From an uncultured Gammaproteobacteria bacterium (lineage in GTDB: Bacteria; Patescibacteriota; Patescibacteriia; Magasanikbacterales; GWA2-37-8): 64,000 nucleotides of DNA. The DNA is taken from contig CAZECR010000003.1 of the NCBI GenBank assembly GCA_964510495.1, positions 550 to 64,549 on the forward strand, in the 5' to 3' direction. Each line of letters begins with the position of its first letter. The first letter of the stretch is position 1. The notes under the pieces were generated by a model. It was not told where the DNA came from and did not search any database. It saw only the letters and a list, made by a program, of their open reading frames with translations. Positions 39,617-48,013 of this stretch are shown one piece after another. Made by a program: the position numbers and the translations under genes.

Positions 39617-40606
39617 GTGAAATGTTCGACATATTTAAAATTGATTGTCGTTGCTATTCTGGTTGGTAGTTTTATTGTTGGCATGCAAGTGATTAGTTTT
39701 GCGCCGCCGAGCCCTGTGCGGTATGGAGTTACCTTCAGTCCAGAGTACGCACGCTATTTAGGAATCGATCCTCAGAAAACATTTGCGACTATTATTAATG
39801 ACTGGAAATTTAAAGACGTTCGCTTGGCCGCTGAGTGGGACACTGTCGAACCTAGCCCAGGCAAATTTAATTTTACAGAGCTTGATTCATTAATGAATCA
39901 ATCGGCAGCCGCAGAGGTCAAAGTTGTTTTGGCTGTCGGACAGAAAACACCGCACTGGCCCGAATGCCACCTGCCCGCTTGGGCAACGACGCTTTCGGAT
40001 TCAGCATACGCGGCCGCTCGCACTGAATATATTTCTACAGTTGTAGAACGTTATAAAAATCATCCTGCACTCGAAATCTGGCAGGTGGAAAATGAGCCGT
40101 TACTTGATTTTGGTTCTTGTCCGCCTTTTTCTGTTGCGGACCTAGAGGCTGAATTAGCGTTAGTAAAAAAACTTGATCCACTTCACGGCACGCTCGTGAC
40201 CGATAGTGGAGAAATAAATAGTTGGCAGACCACAGCTCGTATTGGAGATTACTTTGGGACAACGTTGTATAAGATTGTTTGGAACAAATATACAGGCTAT
40301 TTGCATTATGACTGGTTTCCCGCGAGTTTGTACCGGGCCCGCGCGTGGCTCGCCAAACGTTCTCCTGAAACTGCTTTTATCATTGAGCTTCAGGCCGAGC
40401 CTTGGCTACCCGACAAACCTATTACTGAAGTTTCAATCGAAGAACAAGATAAAAGTATGAGTATTGAGCGACTTAAAAAGAATGTGGTTTTTGCTCATCG
40501 CGTAGGTTTTTCACGTATTTATTTGTGGGGGGCCGAATGGTGGTATCTGCAGGCCGAAGCGGGGAGAGGCGAATTTGCCGAGTACGCCAAAAGTCTGAAT
40601 AAATAG
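39617..40606 (+). CDS. Membrane-anchored clan GH-A glycoside hydrolase
   Basis: WDTVEPSPGKFNF, WQVENEP (acid/base), IIELQAEPW (nucleophile), YLWGAEWW. Confidence 0.8.
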   Translation: MKCSTYLKLIVVAILVGSFIVGMQVISFAPPSPVRYGVTFSPEYARYLGIDPQKTFATIINDWKFKDVRLAAEWDTVEPSPGKFNFTELDSLMNQSAAAEVKVVLAVGQKTPHWPECHLPAWATTLSDSAYAAARTEYISTVVERYKNHPALEIWQVENEPLLDFGSCPPFSVADLEAELALVKKLDPLHGTLVTDSGEINSWQTTARIGDYFGTTLYKIVWNKYTGYLHYDWFPASLYRARAWLAKRSPETAFIIELQAEPWLPDKPITEVSIEEQDKSMSIERLKKNVVFAHRVGFSRIYLWGAEWWYLQAEAGRGEFAEYAKSLNK

Positions 40607-40676
40607 GCCGGGTGTGTATTGACTTTTTTTGATGGGTTTTGTATAGTGTTAGAGTTAAAAACAAACCTCATCTTGA

Positions 40677-40750
40677 GGGCACTTAGCTCAGTTGGTTAGA
40701 GCATCTCGTTTACACCGAGAGGGTCGAGGGTTCGAATCCTTCAGTGCCCA
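40677..40750 (+). tRNA. tRNA-Val(TAC)
   Basis: Acceptor GGGCACT/AGTGCCC; anticodon arm TCTCG-TTTACAC-CGAGA; upstream TTGACT-17-TATAGT; terminator 40756-40785. Confidence 0.96.
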
Positions 40751-40970
40751 CACATAAAAAATCGCTTATAGTAAGCGGTTTTTTTGTTTATACCCTTGAC
40801 GGAGTAGCAAAAAAGTGGTACCCAACAATATCCATAAAAATTGATTGTTCTTTTGATTGTGCAATAGTTTTGAACCGTTAAGGAGCAGGGGGCAGTGTGC
40901 AGTATCACGATTGGTACGACGCACTGCCTTCTGTTTCGAAGTTTCCACCCTCTTCTCCAGGAGAAGTACG

Positions 40971-41540
40971 ATGCCCTCGAAAGTTCCTCCGTTTTCCACA
41001 GTGAACCTGTTCTGTTTTGCAACGCTCCATGAGCTGAAGCCCACCAAGCGACGCGGTCCGACTATGCTCGCTGGCACCCGGGTGCGGGCGCTGTTCGACC
41101 AGCGCCAAGACCTGGTCGTTCCGGGGGTTGTGGTCATCTCGTCCAAGGCGAAGGGTGACGCGCTTGCCTTGCTGGACGGGATGCGTGTCGCCGCGTCAGT
41201 CGTGCGCAAGCCACTTCTACCGCCGCCCGCGCAGACTACACTCTGCCGCGATGCCATGAGCGCTATCCGCGCGAAGAGCCTGCCCTCCCTGCTCGTCGTG
41301 GCGGATCCCCTCACTCTTTTTACCTTCCTCGATGAGGCAGTGATGCTTCCGGAAGGGTCGAGCTGGCTTATCTACTACCAGGAGGCTTACCCACGCATAA
41401 TGGGGTCTTTGTATCAGATTGAGGTCTCGTTCAACGAGCGGGGAGCAAGGGCGGTCAGCATGCTCAGTCACGGCAACATGACGGGCGACCGGGTGCGTGG
41501 AGGCGGGTCGCTTATCCCTGCTATGGCGCGGGCGGCCTAG
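40971..41540 (+). CDS. GC-rich orphan, possible degenerate histidine-phosphatase (SixA-like) fold
   Basis: NLFCFATLH...RGPTMLAG...VVVISS...SLLVVADP...MGSLYQIEV order of elements; RHG and second His absent; AGGAG SD. Confidence 0.5.
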   Translation: MPSKVPPFSTVNLFCFATLHELKPTKRRGPTMLAGTRVRALFDQRQDLVVPGVVVISSKAKGDALALLDGMRVAASVVRKPLLPPPAQTTLCRDAMSAIRAKSLPSLLVVADPLTLFTFLDEAVMLPEGSSWLIYYQEAYPRIMGSLYQIEVSFNERGARAVSMLSHGNMTGDRVRGGGSLIPAMARAA

Positions 41541-41667
41541 GTACTATTTCTCAATTTTCGCGCTCTTTCGTCGGCGGCCAGGTTCTCTGGCCGCCGTTCT
41601 GTTTTTAAAAACAATCTGTAATAAAAAGTAAAAATACGCTATACTATATGCATATTTATTTTTTTTC

Positions 41668-42834
41668 GTGAAAAAAGTTTCTTCTCATCCTGGTAAAATT
41701 ATTTCTCGCTCCGGTGGCTCAGTCGCTGAAGGAGTTTTTTTAATTACCGGCATGACGATTGGTGCTGGGGTGCTTGGTATACCTTATGCCATCATGCAAG
41801 TAGGGCTTAAAATAGGGCTACTGTATTTACTCGGTTTTGGTGTACTTATGGTTTGCCTTAACCTGATGATCAGTGAAACTGCTGAAAATACACCGGAGCG
41901 TTTTCAATTGGCCGGGCTTGCTGGAAAGTACATTGGGTCGTGGGCGTGTACCCTTTTGTCGCTCACGATTGTGCTGAGTAGTTATGGTGCACTCCTTGCC
42001 TATATTGTGGGTGAGGGTGAAGTGCTCAGCTTACTTATTGGTGGTAATCCTTTTTGGTGGAGTATTGCTTTTTGGGTTGTAGGAAGTATTATTATTTGGC
42101 GCGGCTTGAGCGCCGCCAAAAAAATGCAAAAATTTTTAAGTTTTTTAGTCATTCTTATTATTACCGGACTCTCATTGTTTCTATTTCGTTCAGTGCATGT
42201 CGGTAATTGGCTCTACACCAATACTGCACAATTATTATTCCCATACGGCATTATTTTATTTGCCCTCCACGGAAGTCCCGCAGTGATCGAGGCAAAAGCG
42301 CTCTTGGAAAATGATCCTAAGAAATTACGCAAGGCAGTAATTATAGGTAGTCTCATTCCAATAATAGTCTATGTACTCTTTGCTGCTGCTGTTGTAGGGG
42401 TGCTTGGTACAGCTACGACACCGGTTGCTACTATTGCGCTCGCAGCGCGCTTTGGTAATGGTGTATTGTTCATAAGTAATTTATTCGCACTCTTTGCAAT
42501 GGCAACGAGCTTTGTAGGTCTTGGTATCGCTCTCAAAGAAAGTTTATTGTGGGATGATCACCTCAGTCCAGTTATAAGTAGTGGGCTCGTTTTTATTGTG
42601 CCCATTATTCTTTTTGTGGCTGGTCTCAGAAATTTTATTAGTATTTTAAATGTTGTTGGTGCTTTGTTTATCGCTTTTGAAGTGCTCATAATGATCTTGG
42701 TATATTGGCGTGCGAAGGCACGGGGCGTATTTGGAGCGCGTCCTTTCAGTCGTTTTCCGGCTTGGTTTTTAACGGGAGCAGTTTGTGTGCTCGTGATTGC
42801 AGGTATTGTCTTTAGCTTGCTTCAGAATTTTTAA
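41668..42834 (+). CDS. Aromatic amino acid permease family (TyrP/Mtr-like)
   Basis: ITGMTIGAGVLGIPY, YGALLAYI, ATSFVGLG; about 11 TMs. Confidence 0.85.
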   Translation: MKKVSSHPGKIISRSGGSVAEGVFLITGMTIGAGVLGIPYAIMQVGLKIGLLYLLGFGVLMVCLNLMISETAENTPERFQLAGLAGKYIGSWACTLLSLTIVLSSYGALLAYIVGEGEVLSLLIGGNPFWWSIAFWVVGSIIIWRGLSAAKKMQKFLSFLVILIITGLSLFLFRSVHVGNWLYTNTAQLLFPYGIILFALHGSPAVIEAKALLENDPKKLRKAVIIGSLIPIIVYVLFAAAVVGVLGTATTPVATIALAARFGNGVLFISNLFALFAMATSFVGLGIALKESLLWDDHLSPVISSGLVFIVPIILFVAGLRNFISILNVVGALFIAFEVLIMILVYWRAKARGVFGARPFSRFPAWFLTGAVCVLVIAGIVFSLLQNF

Positions 42835-42885
42835 TTCGCTATATGCTGTTGTATAATTTGTACATAAGCGTATACTTTGTTATAA

Positions 42886-43085
42886 GCGTTGTGTTTTTAG
42901 TCGTAAGATGGTGTTAGTTGTTGGCTGATTACATTGTTTGCCACGGTCGATCAAACAATTATTGTTCAACAACTTCCTTGGCCCTGCCTATCGGCAGACA
43001 GGTTCGCTCATGCTCTGAAGAGCGCTGGCTGCCAGCTTCTATCTACTACTAAAAATAAAACACGCATTGTTTTATTTTTTTGTAT
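42886..43085 (+). ncRNA. Candidate structured RNA leader upstream of metK
   Basis: Closing stem TTTTTAGTCGTAAGATGG / CTATCTACTACTAAAAA; inner hairpin AGTTGTTG..ATTGTTTG / CAAACAAT..CAACAACT; overlapping terminator-like hairpin 43051-43079; TATACT at 42871. Confidence 0.5.
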
Positions 43086-43089
43086 TTGT

Positions 43090-44238
43090 ATGTCTCATTT
43101 TATTTTTACATCGGAATCTGTAACCGAAGGGCACCCCGATAAAATATGTGATCAGATTTCCGATGCTATTCTCGATGAAATTCTCAAACAAGATAAAAAT
43201 GCTCACGCTGGCATTGAATGTTTTACGACCACTGGCCTCGTTATTATTGGCGGGGAAATTAAAACAACTGCCACTATCGATGCGCAAAAAATTGCACGCC
43301 GCGTCTTACATGATATTGGATACACAAGTGCGTGCTATGGCATTGACGCCGAGTACAGCAGTATTATGTCGACGATTCACCAGCAGTCACCTGACATCGA
43401 TCAAGGAGTTACGCGGGGAAGTGTCGAAAAACAAGGAGCGGGGGACCAAGGACTTATGTTCGGTTATGCGAGTAACGAAACATCCGAACTGATGCCCCTT
43501 CCGATTAGCTTGGCGCACGCACTCGCTCGTCGCCTCACAGAAGTTCGTAAGAAAAATATTTTGAAGTATCTTCGGCCCGATGGTAAAACCCAAGTGGCTA
43601 TCGAATACATTGATAATAAACCAGTGCGTTTAAAAAATGTAGTCGTGTCAGCGCAGCATGATGAAAAAGTTTCGCTATCGCAATTACGAGCAGATATTAT
43701 TAAGCACGTTATCAAACCCGTGTGTGCTCAGTATATCGACGCTCAAACAGAATTTCACATTAACATGACGGGTCGTTTTGTAATTGGCGGTCCTCATGGG
43801 GACGCTGGTCTTACTGGCCGTAAGATTATTGTCGACACCTATGGCGGCATGGGGCGGCACGGTGGTGGGTGTTTTTCGGGTAAGGATGCTTCCAAGGTTG
43901 ATCGGTCGGGTGCGTACATGGCGCGGTATGTCGCCAAGAATATTGTAGCTGCCGGTCTTGCCGAGCGTGCTGAAGTTCAGATTGCCTACGTCATTGGGAG
44001 GGCCGAGCCAACAAGTATAGCGGTACATACATTTGGTACTGGTAAAATTGCCGACGAGCAATTGGTTAAGCTGGTTTCTGCCGTTTTTGATTTTCGTCCC
44101 GGGAAAATAATTGAGCACCTGCAACTGCTACGTCCAATCTATCGTTCTACGGCTACCTATGGCCATTTCGGTCGACCTGAATTTCCCTGGGAAAAAATTG
44201 ATCAGATTAAAAAACTTCAGCAATTAGCTAAGAAATAA
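43090..44238 (+). CDS. metK: S-adenosylmethionine synthetase
   Basis: [43 protein letters not shown]. Confidence 0.98.
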   Translation: MSHFIFTSESVTEGHPDKICDQISDAILDEILKQDKNAHAGIECFTTTGLVIIGGEIKTTATIDAQKIARRVLHDIGYTSACYGIDAEYSSIMSTIHQQSPDIDQGVTRGSVEKQGAGDQGLMFGYASNETSELMPLPISLAHALARRLTEVRKKNILKYLRPDGKTQVAIEYIDNKPVRLKNVVVSAQHDEKVSLSQLRADIIKHVIKPVCAQYIDAQTEFHINMTGRFVIGGPHGDAGLTGRKIIVDTYGGMGRHGGGCFSGKDASKVDRSGAYMARYVAKNIVAAGLAERAEVQIAYVIGRAEPTSIAVHTFGTGKIADEQLVKLVSAVFDFRPGKIIEHLQLLRPIYRSTATYGHFGRPEFPWEKIDQIKKLQQLAKK

Positions 44239-44250
44239 AACGGTATTTTA

Positions 44251-44283
44251 GAACCATTCCTGAAAGGGAATGGTTCTTTTTTT
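44251..44283 (+). terminator. metK terminator
   Basis: AGAACCATTCC-tgaaag-GGAATGGTTCT followed by a T run. Confidence 0.85.
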
Positions 44284-44464
44284 GCTAGAAATAAAGGTTA
44301 TTTTGAGACTATCCTTGACAAAGCACCTAAAAAGTGCTAGGTTTGTTCGTCGTTCTTTTACAACAAGGTGTTTTTCGTCAAGTGTTTGTTGCAACGAATT
44401 TCTGACGAAACGCACCTTACTGTCTCGGTGCCAAGAATCCAAAACTCTCTCGGGGAGGTGTTCC

Positions 44465-45151
44465 ATGTCCGGAGCCACAGCTTCTTCCACAACCCATGAT
44501 TTCGTTCCTGCGCCTGATCGGGTAGGACGAAAGCTGCGAATCGGCATGTCTTTGCAAGAGTGGCTTCAGGAAGAAGAAGCCGAACTTCAGCAGCAGATCG
44601 TCGATCTGCGTCTCAAAGTCGAGCAGGCTCAGCGTGAGCTGGGAGCTGCTCGCGCAGAAAATGCCGCGCTCAGTGTTCGTGCCGTAGCCACCACCACTGC
44701 CCTCGCCCAGACAAAACAGCGCCAGGAAAGGCTCGTCAGCGAGCTCGTAGTGTTGCGGCAGCGTGCTAGCCGTACGGCCAAGGAGCATACCCAGGTCCTC
44801 CTGCGCGAGCTCGATGAGACAGCACGTCTCAGGAGCCAGCTGCGGGGTGCGCGTTCCGCCACCCTCACCTGGGCGCTCTTCACCCTGCTCGTCACTGCGC
44901 TCGGGGCGCTCGGTTTCTTCGGTGTTTATCAGCCGCTTCTTGCAGACAGAGCGGGGTTACGCCGCGAACTCACCGCTACCCAAAACAAGGAGGCGCTCGC
45001 CACCGCCAATCAGGCAGTGGATCAGGGCGCTATCGCACGCCTGCAGCTCGAGAACGCCGGTCTCCGAAGTGTCATCGATCGAGCAGCGCAGCAGCAGCCC
45101 ACGCCCGTAGCGTGCGTCAAGAAGGCCAAGAAGAATCGGAAGCGGCGCTAG
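44465..45151 (+). CDS. GC-rich orphan: coiled coil, one TM, coiled coil, basic tail
   Basis: GGGGAGGTG SD; heptad-rich; TM LTWALFTLLVTALGALGFFGVY; ends KKAKKNRKRR; upstream TTGACA-17-TAGGTT. Confidence 0.75.
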   Translation: MSGATASSTTHDFVPAPDRVGRKLRIGMSLQEWLQEEEAELQQQIVDLRLKVEQAQRELGAARAENAALSVRAVATTTALAQTKQRQERLVSELVVLRQRASRTAKEHTQVLLRELDETARLRSQLRGARSATLTWALFTLLVTALGALGFFGVYQPLLADRAGLRRELTATQNKEALATANQAVDQGAIARLQLENAGLRSVIDRAAQQQPTPVACVKKAKKNRKRR

Positions 45152-45295
45152 CGCCCTCTGCACGACGGCCGTACTTACATCATCCCACCAGAGCCAAGAG
45201 AAAAACTTTTGGTTCGGCTCGGGTCACTCTCCAGTAGATCCAAGCTTTTACTACTTTTAGCAAGGTGGTAAAAGTTTCTACTGGAGAGTTGAAAT

Positions 45296-45329
45296 AAAAA
45301 ATCCATGTACAAAGTGCATGGATTTTTTT
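45296..45329. terminator. Bidirectional terminator
   Basis: AAAAAATCCATGTAC-aaa-GTGCATGGATTTTTT between convergent genes. Confidence 0.8.
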
Positions 45330-45348
45330 ATAGTGAAAATGAAATTCT

Positions 45349-47091
45349 TTAAGGTTGTACTACCTTTGATCCTGAATTTGACCCACGGTCATTGGTTCGA
45401 AGGACGTTGGTGATAGGGCCGGCGTTTAAACTAAAATCTTTACTGACGACGGCGTCACTACCTGAGAAGGAAATGTTTTTAACAAGTGTGATATTTTTTC
45501 CAGTCATTGTGTTGTTTGGTATCGCCTCAACTTCAAAGTACCAGCCTGTTTTTGTACCGGGAGGAATTTCGCGCATCTCCCAGGTAAGTGTCTGTCCATT
45601 TCCAGCGAGCGGAGAACCAAGCGTAACACTTTGCTTTCCGGTGAAAGTTATGCCGCTCGGTAGGCTTATTGTTAATTTGTTATCTTCAACTGAATTAATG
45701 GTGTTGAATAACTCTACGAAAATCCAGTATTTTGTACTTTCACCAACTTCAGGCGGGAGAGGACCTCTGCCCAGCTGGTCGCCCTCAGGAGTAAAGTATC
45801 TGGTCTGAGTGGTAAGCGTTAGATCGGTAGCGAGTGGTAATGAAATAGCTGTGCCGTTCGTAGAAAATTGTTGGTCAGTAAGACCGGTAGTGCCGCCTTC
45901 AATCACCGGTGTAATGACTAGGCGTGGCGCACTTTTAGCCGCAGAAAAATTCGGTAAAATGTAGAAAAGTATATTCAGTGTATCTCCTGTTCCCGGTGCA
46001 GCAGTGGCAAGCGGGGTTCTGCGATTGCTGTTAATAATAAGTGAGCCGTTTTCAATTGTAAGTTGGTTTTCGCGCGCTGTTTTAGTAAGATCTACGATCC
46101 CGGCTGTAGGAGTGATCTTAATGCGTAATTGACTAAGGGTAAAGGAGGAAGTGTTTTTCCAACTAATCTCAGTAGGAATTTCTTGGCCCGGTTCAATATA
46201 GGGAAGCTGTTTCAATACTTTGATTTCAGAGGAAACGCTTGGAACAAAAACCGTCAAGGTTCTTTCTTCGCTTGATTGTATAATCGGTTGATTGTTGGCA
46301 ATTATTTTTGAACGGATTGTTATCTTGTAATCACCGGCTGTAGCGGGTGCCTGGAGTGTACCGGTAACGGTTTTTGTTTCTCCTGGTGCGAGCATGATAT
46401 TTTTATTTCCTGCTTCGCTAATGAGTGGAGTAGTCCAGGTGTCTTCTAAACTGATTCCGTTGACTGGAGCGGCTCCGGTATTTTTAATGGTGTAGGTAAA
46501 GGGTAATTGTTGTCCGGCAAATGTCGTTGTAGCAATTGTTAATGTGTCTTCGAAAATGCTATCTGGCAGCGTTACAAAAAATGAAGCAAATTTTTGTTCC
46601 GTCGAGCTACCTTTCTCTGTTTGGTAGGAAAGGGTAGCGAGAATTCGTTCATCACTTTTTGGTTCGGCAAAGAGTATGCCATAAATATCTGCCTGACCTT
46701 TGGCACCGGGTTTGATGTCTTGAAGGGCAAGAATTGAGTCTGTGGAAAAAATATTCTCAGGAGTTTTTGTGCGGTCAACAATAAAGCCGTCAGGTAAATG
46801 CACGGCTAAGTTTGGGTGCGTCAGAGCAAACTTGCTGCGGTTGGTATAACTCACACTCAGGCGTACCGGTTCACCACTTTTAATACGCGTGTCTCCTAGG
46901 CTAATTTTTAAATCAATTAACTCAGTAATGCCTGGCTTCCAGAAGAAAAAGAAGAGACTGCTGCCGAGCATGACTACTGCAGTAAACAAAAGAAATAGGT
47001 CAAAGATAAATAATTTTTTAGGATTTTTGTACACCCCATGATAATGGTGGTGGTAATGTTTATGAAAAAATTTGTAAATAAATTTAAACAT
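45349..47091 (-). CDS. Membrane-anchored beta-rich (Ig-like/DUF11-like) protein
   Basis: His-rich N-terminus, TM, repeated YTN/IKNTG...L.PG motifs, GPLPPEVGESTKY. Confidence 0.75.
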   Translation of the reverse strand: MFKFIYKFFHKHYHHHYHGVYKNPKKLFIFDLFLLFTAVVMLGSSLFFFFWKPGITELIDLKISLGDTRIKSGEPVRLSVSYTNRSKFALTHPNLAVHLPDGFIVDRTKTPENIFSTDSILALQDIKPGAKGQADIYGILFAEPKSDERILATLSYQTEKGSSTEQKFASFFVTLPDSIFEDTLTIATTTFAGQQLPFTYTIKNTGAAPVNGISLEDTWTTPLISEAGNKNIMLAPGETKTVTGTLQAPATAGDYKITIRSKIIANNQPIIQSSEERTLTVFVPSVSSEIKVLKQLPYIEPGQEIPTEISWKNTSSFTLSQLRIKITPTAGIVDLTKTARENQLTIENGSLIINSNRRTPLATAAPGTGDTLNILFYILPNFSAAKSAPRLVITPVIEGGTTGLTDQQFSTNGTAISLPLATDLTLTTQTRYFTPEGDQLGRGPLPPEVGESTKYWIFVELFNTINSVEDNKLTISLPSGITFTGKQSVTLGSPLAGNGQTLTWEMREIPPGTKTGWYFEVEAIPNNTMTGKNITLVKNISFSGSDAVVSKDFSLNAGPITNVLRTNDRGSNSGSKVVQP

Positions 47092-47210
47092 ACCTAAAGA
47101 TTTGAGAGCGTACTCGTCTGCTTAGAACAGACAAAAGTTGGCTCTAGTATAGTCTTAAAAACCTCATTTTGTCAAACAAAAAACCTTCAGGTGTTGAAGG
47201 CTTTTGTTTG

Positions 47211-47588
47211 CTATTTTTCTGTTTCAGAAGAGTCCTGGGCATCTGGTAGAGGCGGGGGAGCAGGTATTGTGCCAGCGCCTTCTTGACCCGTTTTAGCCAC
47301 TGATTTAGGATTAGGTGAGAAAAGCGGGTTCTTTATTTTCCACCTGTCTACAAATTGCCCAATTCCTTTTTTAGCCAGTTTATTTTGAATAGTAATATGC
47401 CGCTGAGACCATTTTACAAGGTTTTCAAAGTTAAGTTTGTAACGTCCGCCTACAACAACATAGGTTATTTCCTGGGCTTTGATAGCGCGACGAATTGTTT
47501 GGGTATTAACTCCAAAAAGCCTGGCGGCTTCAGAAATTGAAACGCGGATCATTTCTTTTGATTCCAAGGGCTTTGCCGGAGGATTCAT
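47211..47588 (-). CDS. Excisionase/MerR-like helix-turn-helix protein
   Basis: VSISEAARLFGVNTQTIRRAIK...YVVVGGRYKL winged-HTH pattern. Confidence 0.85.
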   Translation of the reverse strand: MNPPAKPLESKEMIRVSISEAARLFGVNTQTIRRAIKAQEITYVVVGGRYKLNFENLVKWSQRHITIQNKLAKKGIGQFVDRWKIKNPLFSPNPKSVAKTGQEGAGTIPAPPPLPDAQDSSETEK

Positions 47589-47675
47589 ATAGTGTTTGTG
47601 TATATTAGTCTAGACAAATACTAACATATAATCAGTTGTTTGTCAATGTCCAAGTCTCGGTTCTATTCGGAGTAT

Positions 47676-47715
47676 TTACCTTATTTGTATACACTAGTGT
47701 ATACAAATAAGGTAA
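47676..47715. repeat. Perfect 40-bp palindrome in an array of TTTGTATA motifs
   Basis: TTACCTTATTTGTATACACT|AGTGTATACAAATAAGGTAA. Confidence 0.9.
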
Positions 47716-47980
47716 GAAGCTTTATAAAATAAGGTTTTTTGTATACGTATTGTTTGTATATACTATTCTATACAAATATGATTTTAGGTCAGGTTTACTG
47801 TTAAGGAACACGGCAAATGCCCTTTTAAATTTTTTTACTAGGTAGAATATTGGGCTAGTTTATTTGACGTTAAGGCGTTTTTTTGCTAGTATTTACCTTA
47901 GTACGGTCGTTGTTTATCTCTCAAAAATCAATGTCTTTTACAGGCATGTCAAACAGTATATACTATAAGAATGTTTCAAG

Positions 47981-48006
47981 TGTAACATTTTTTTATTTTT
48001 TCCGTC
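47981..48006 (+). promoter_or_regulatory. ECF-type autoregulatory promoter, leaderless
   Basis: TGTAAC-16 bp-CGTC, 7 nt before the sigma ATG. Confidence 0.7.
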
Positions 48007-48013
48007 TTCATTA

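Noticed and set aside
42934-43089. N-terminal extension of MetK given in the ORF track
   Set aside because: Conserved MetK begins at [11 protein letters not shown] (43090); the upstream part is the structured leader. Similar over-extended starts were trimmed for several other genes
2299-45289. Orphan cassettes as integron gene cassettes with attC sites
   Set aside because: The 3' hairpins lack RYYYAAC/GTTRRRY ends, the genes are dispersed and mostly have their own promoters, and no integrase is present
47211-47588. HTH gene as a prophage excisionase
   Set aside because: No integrase or phage context; more likely a chromosomal regulator
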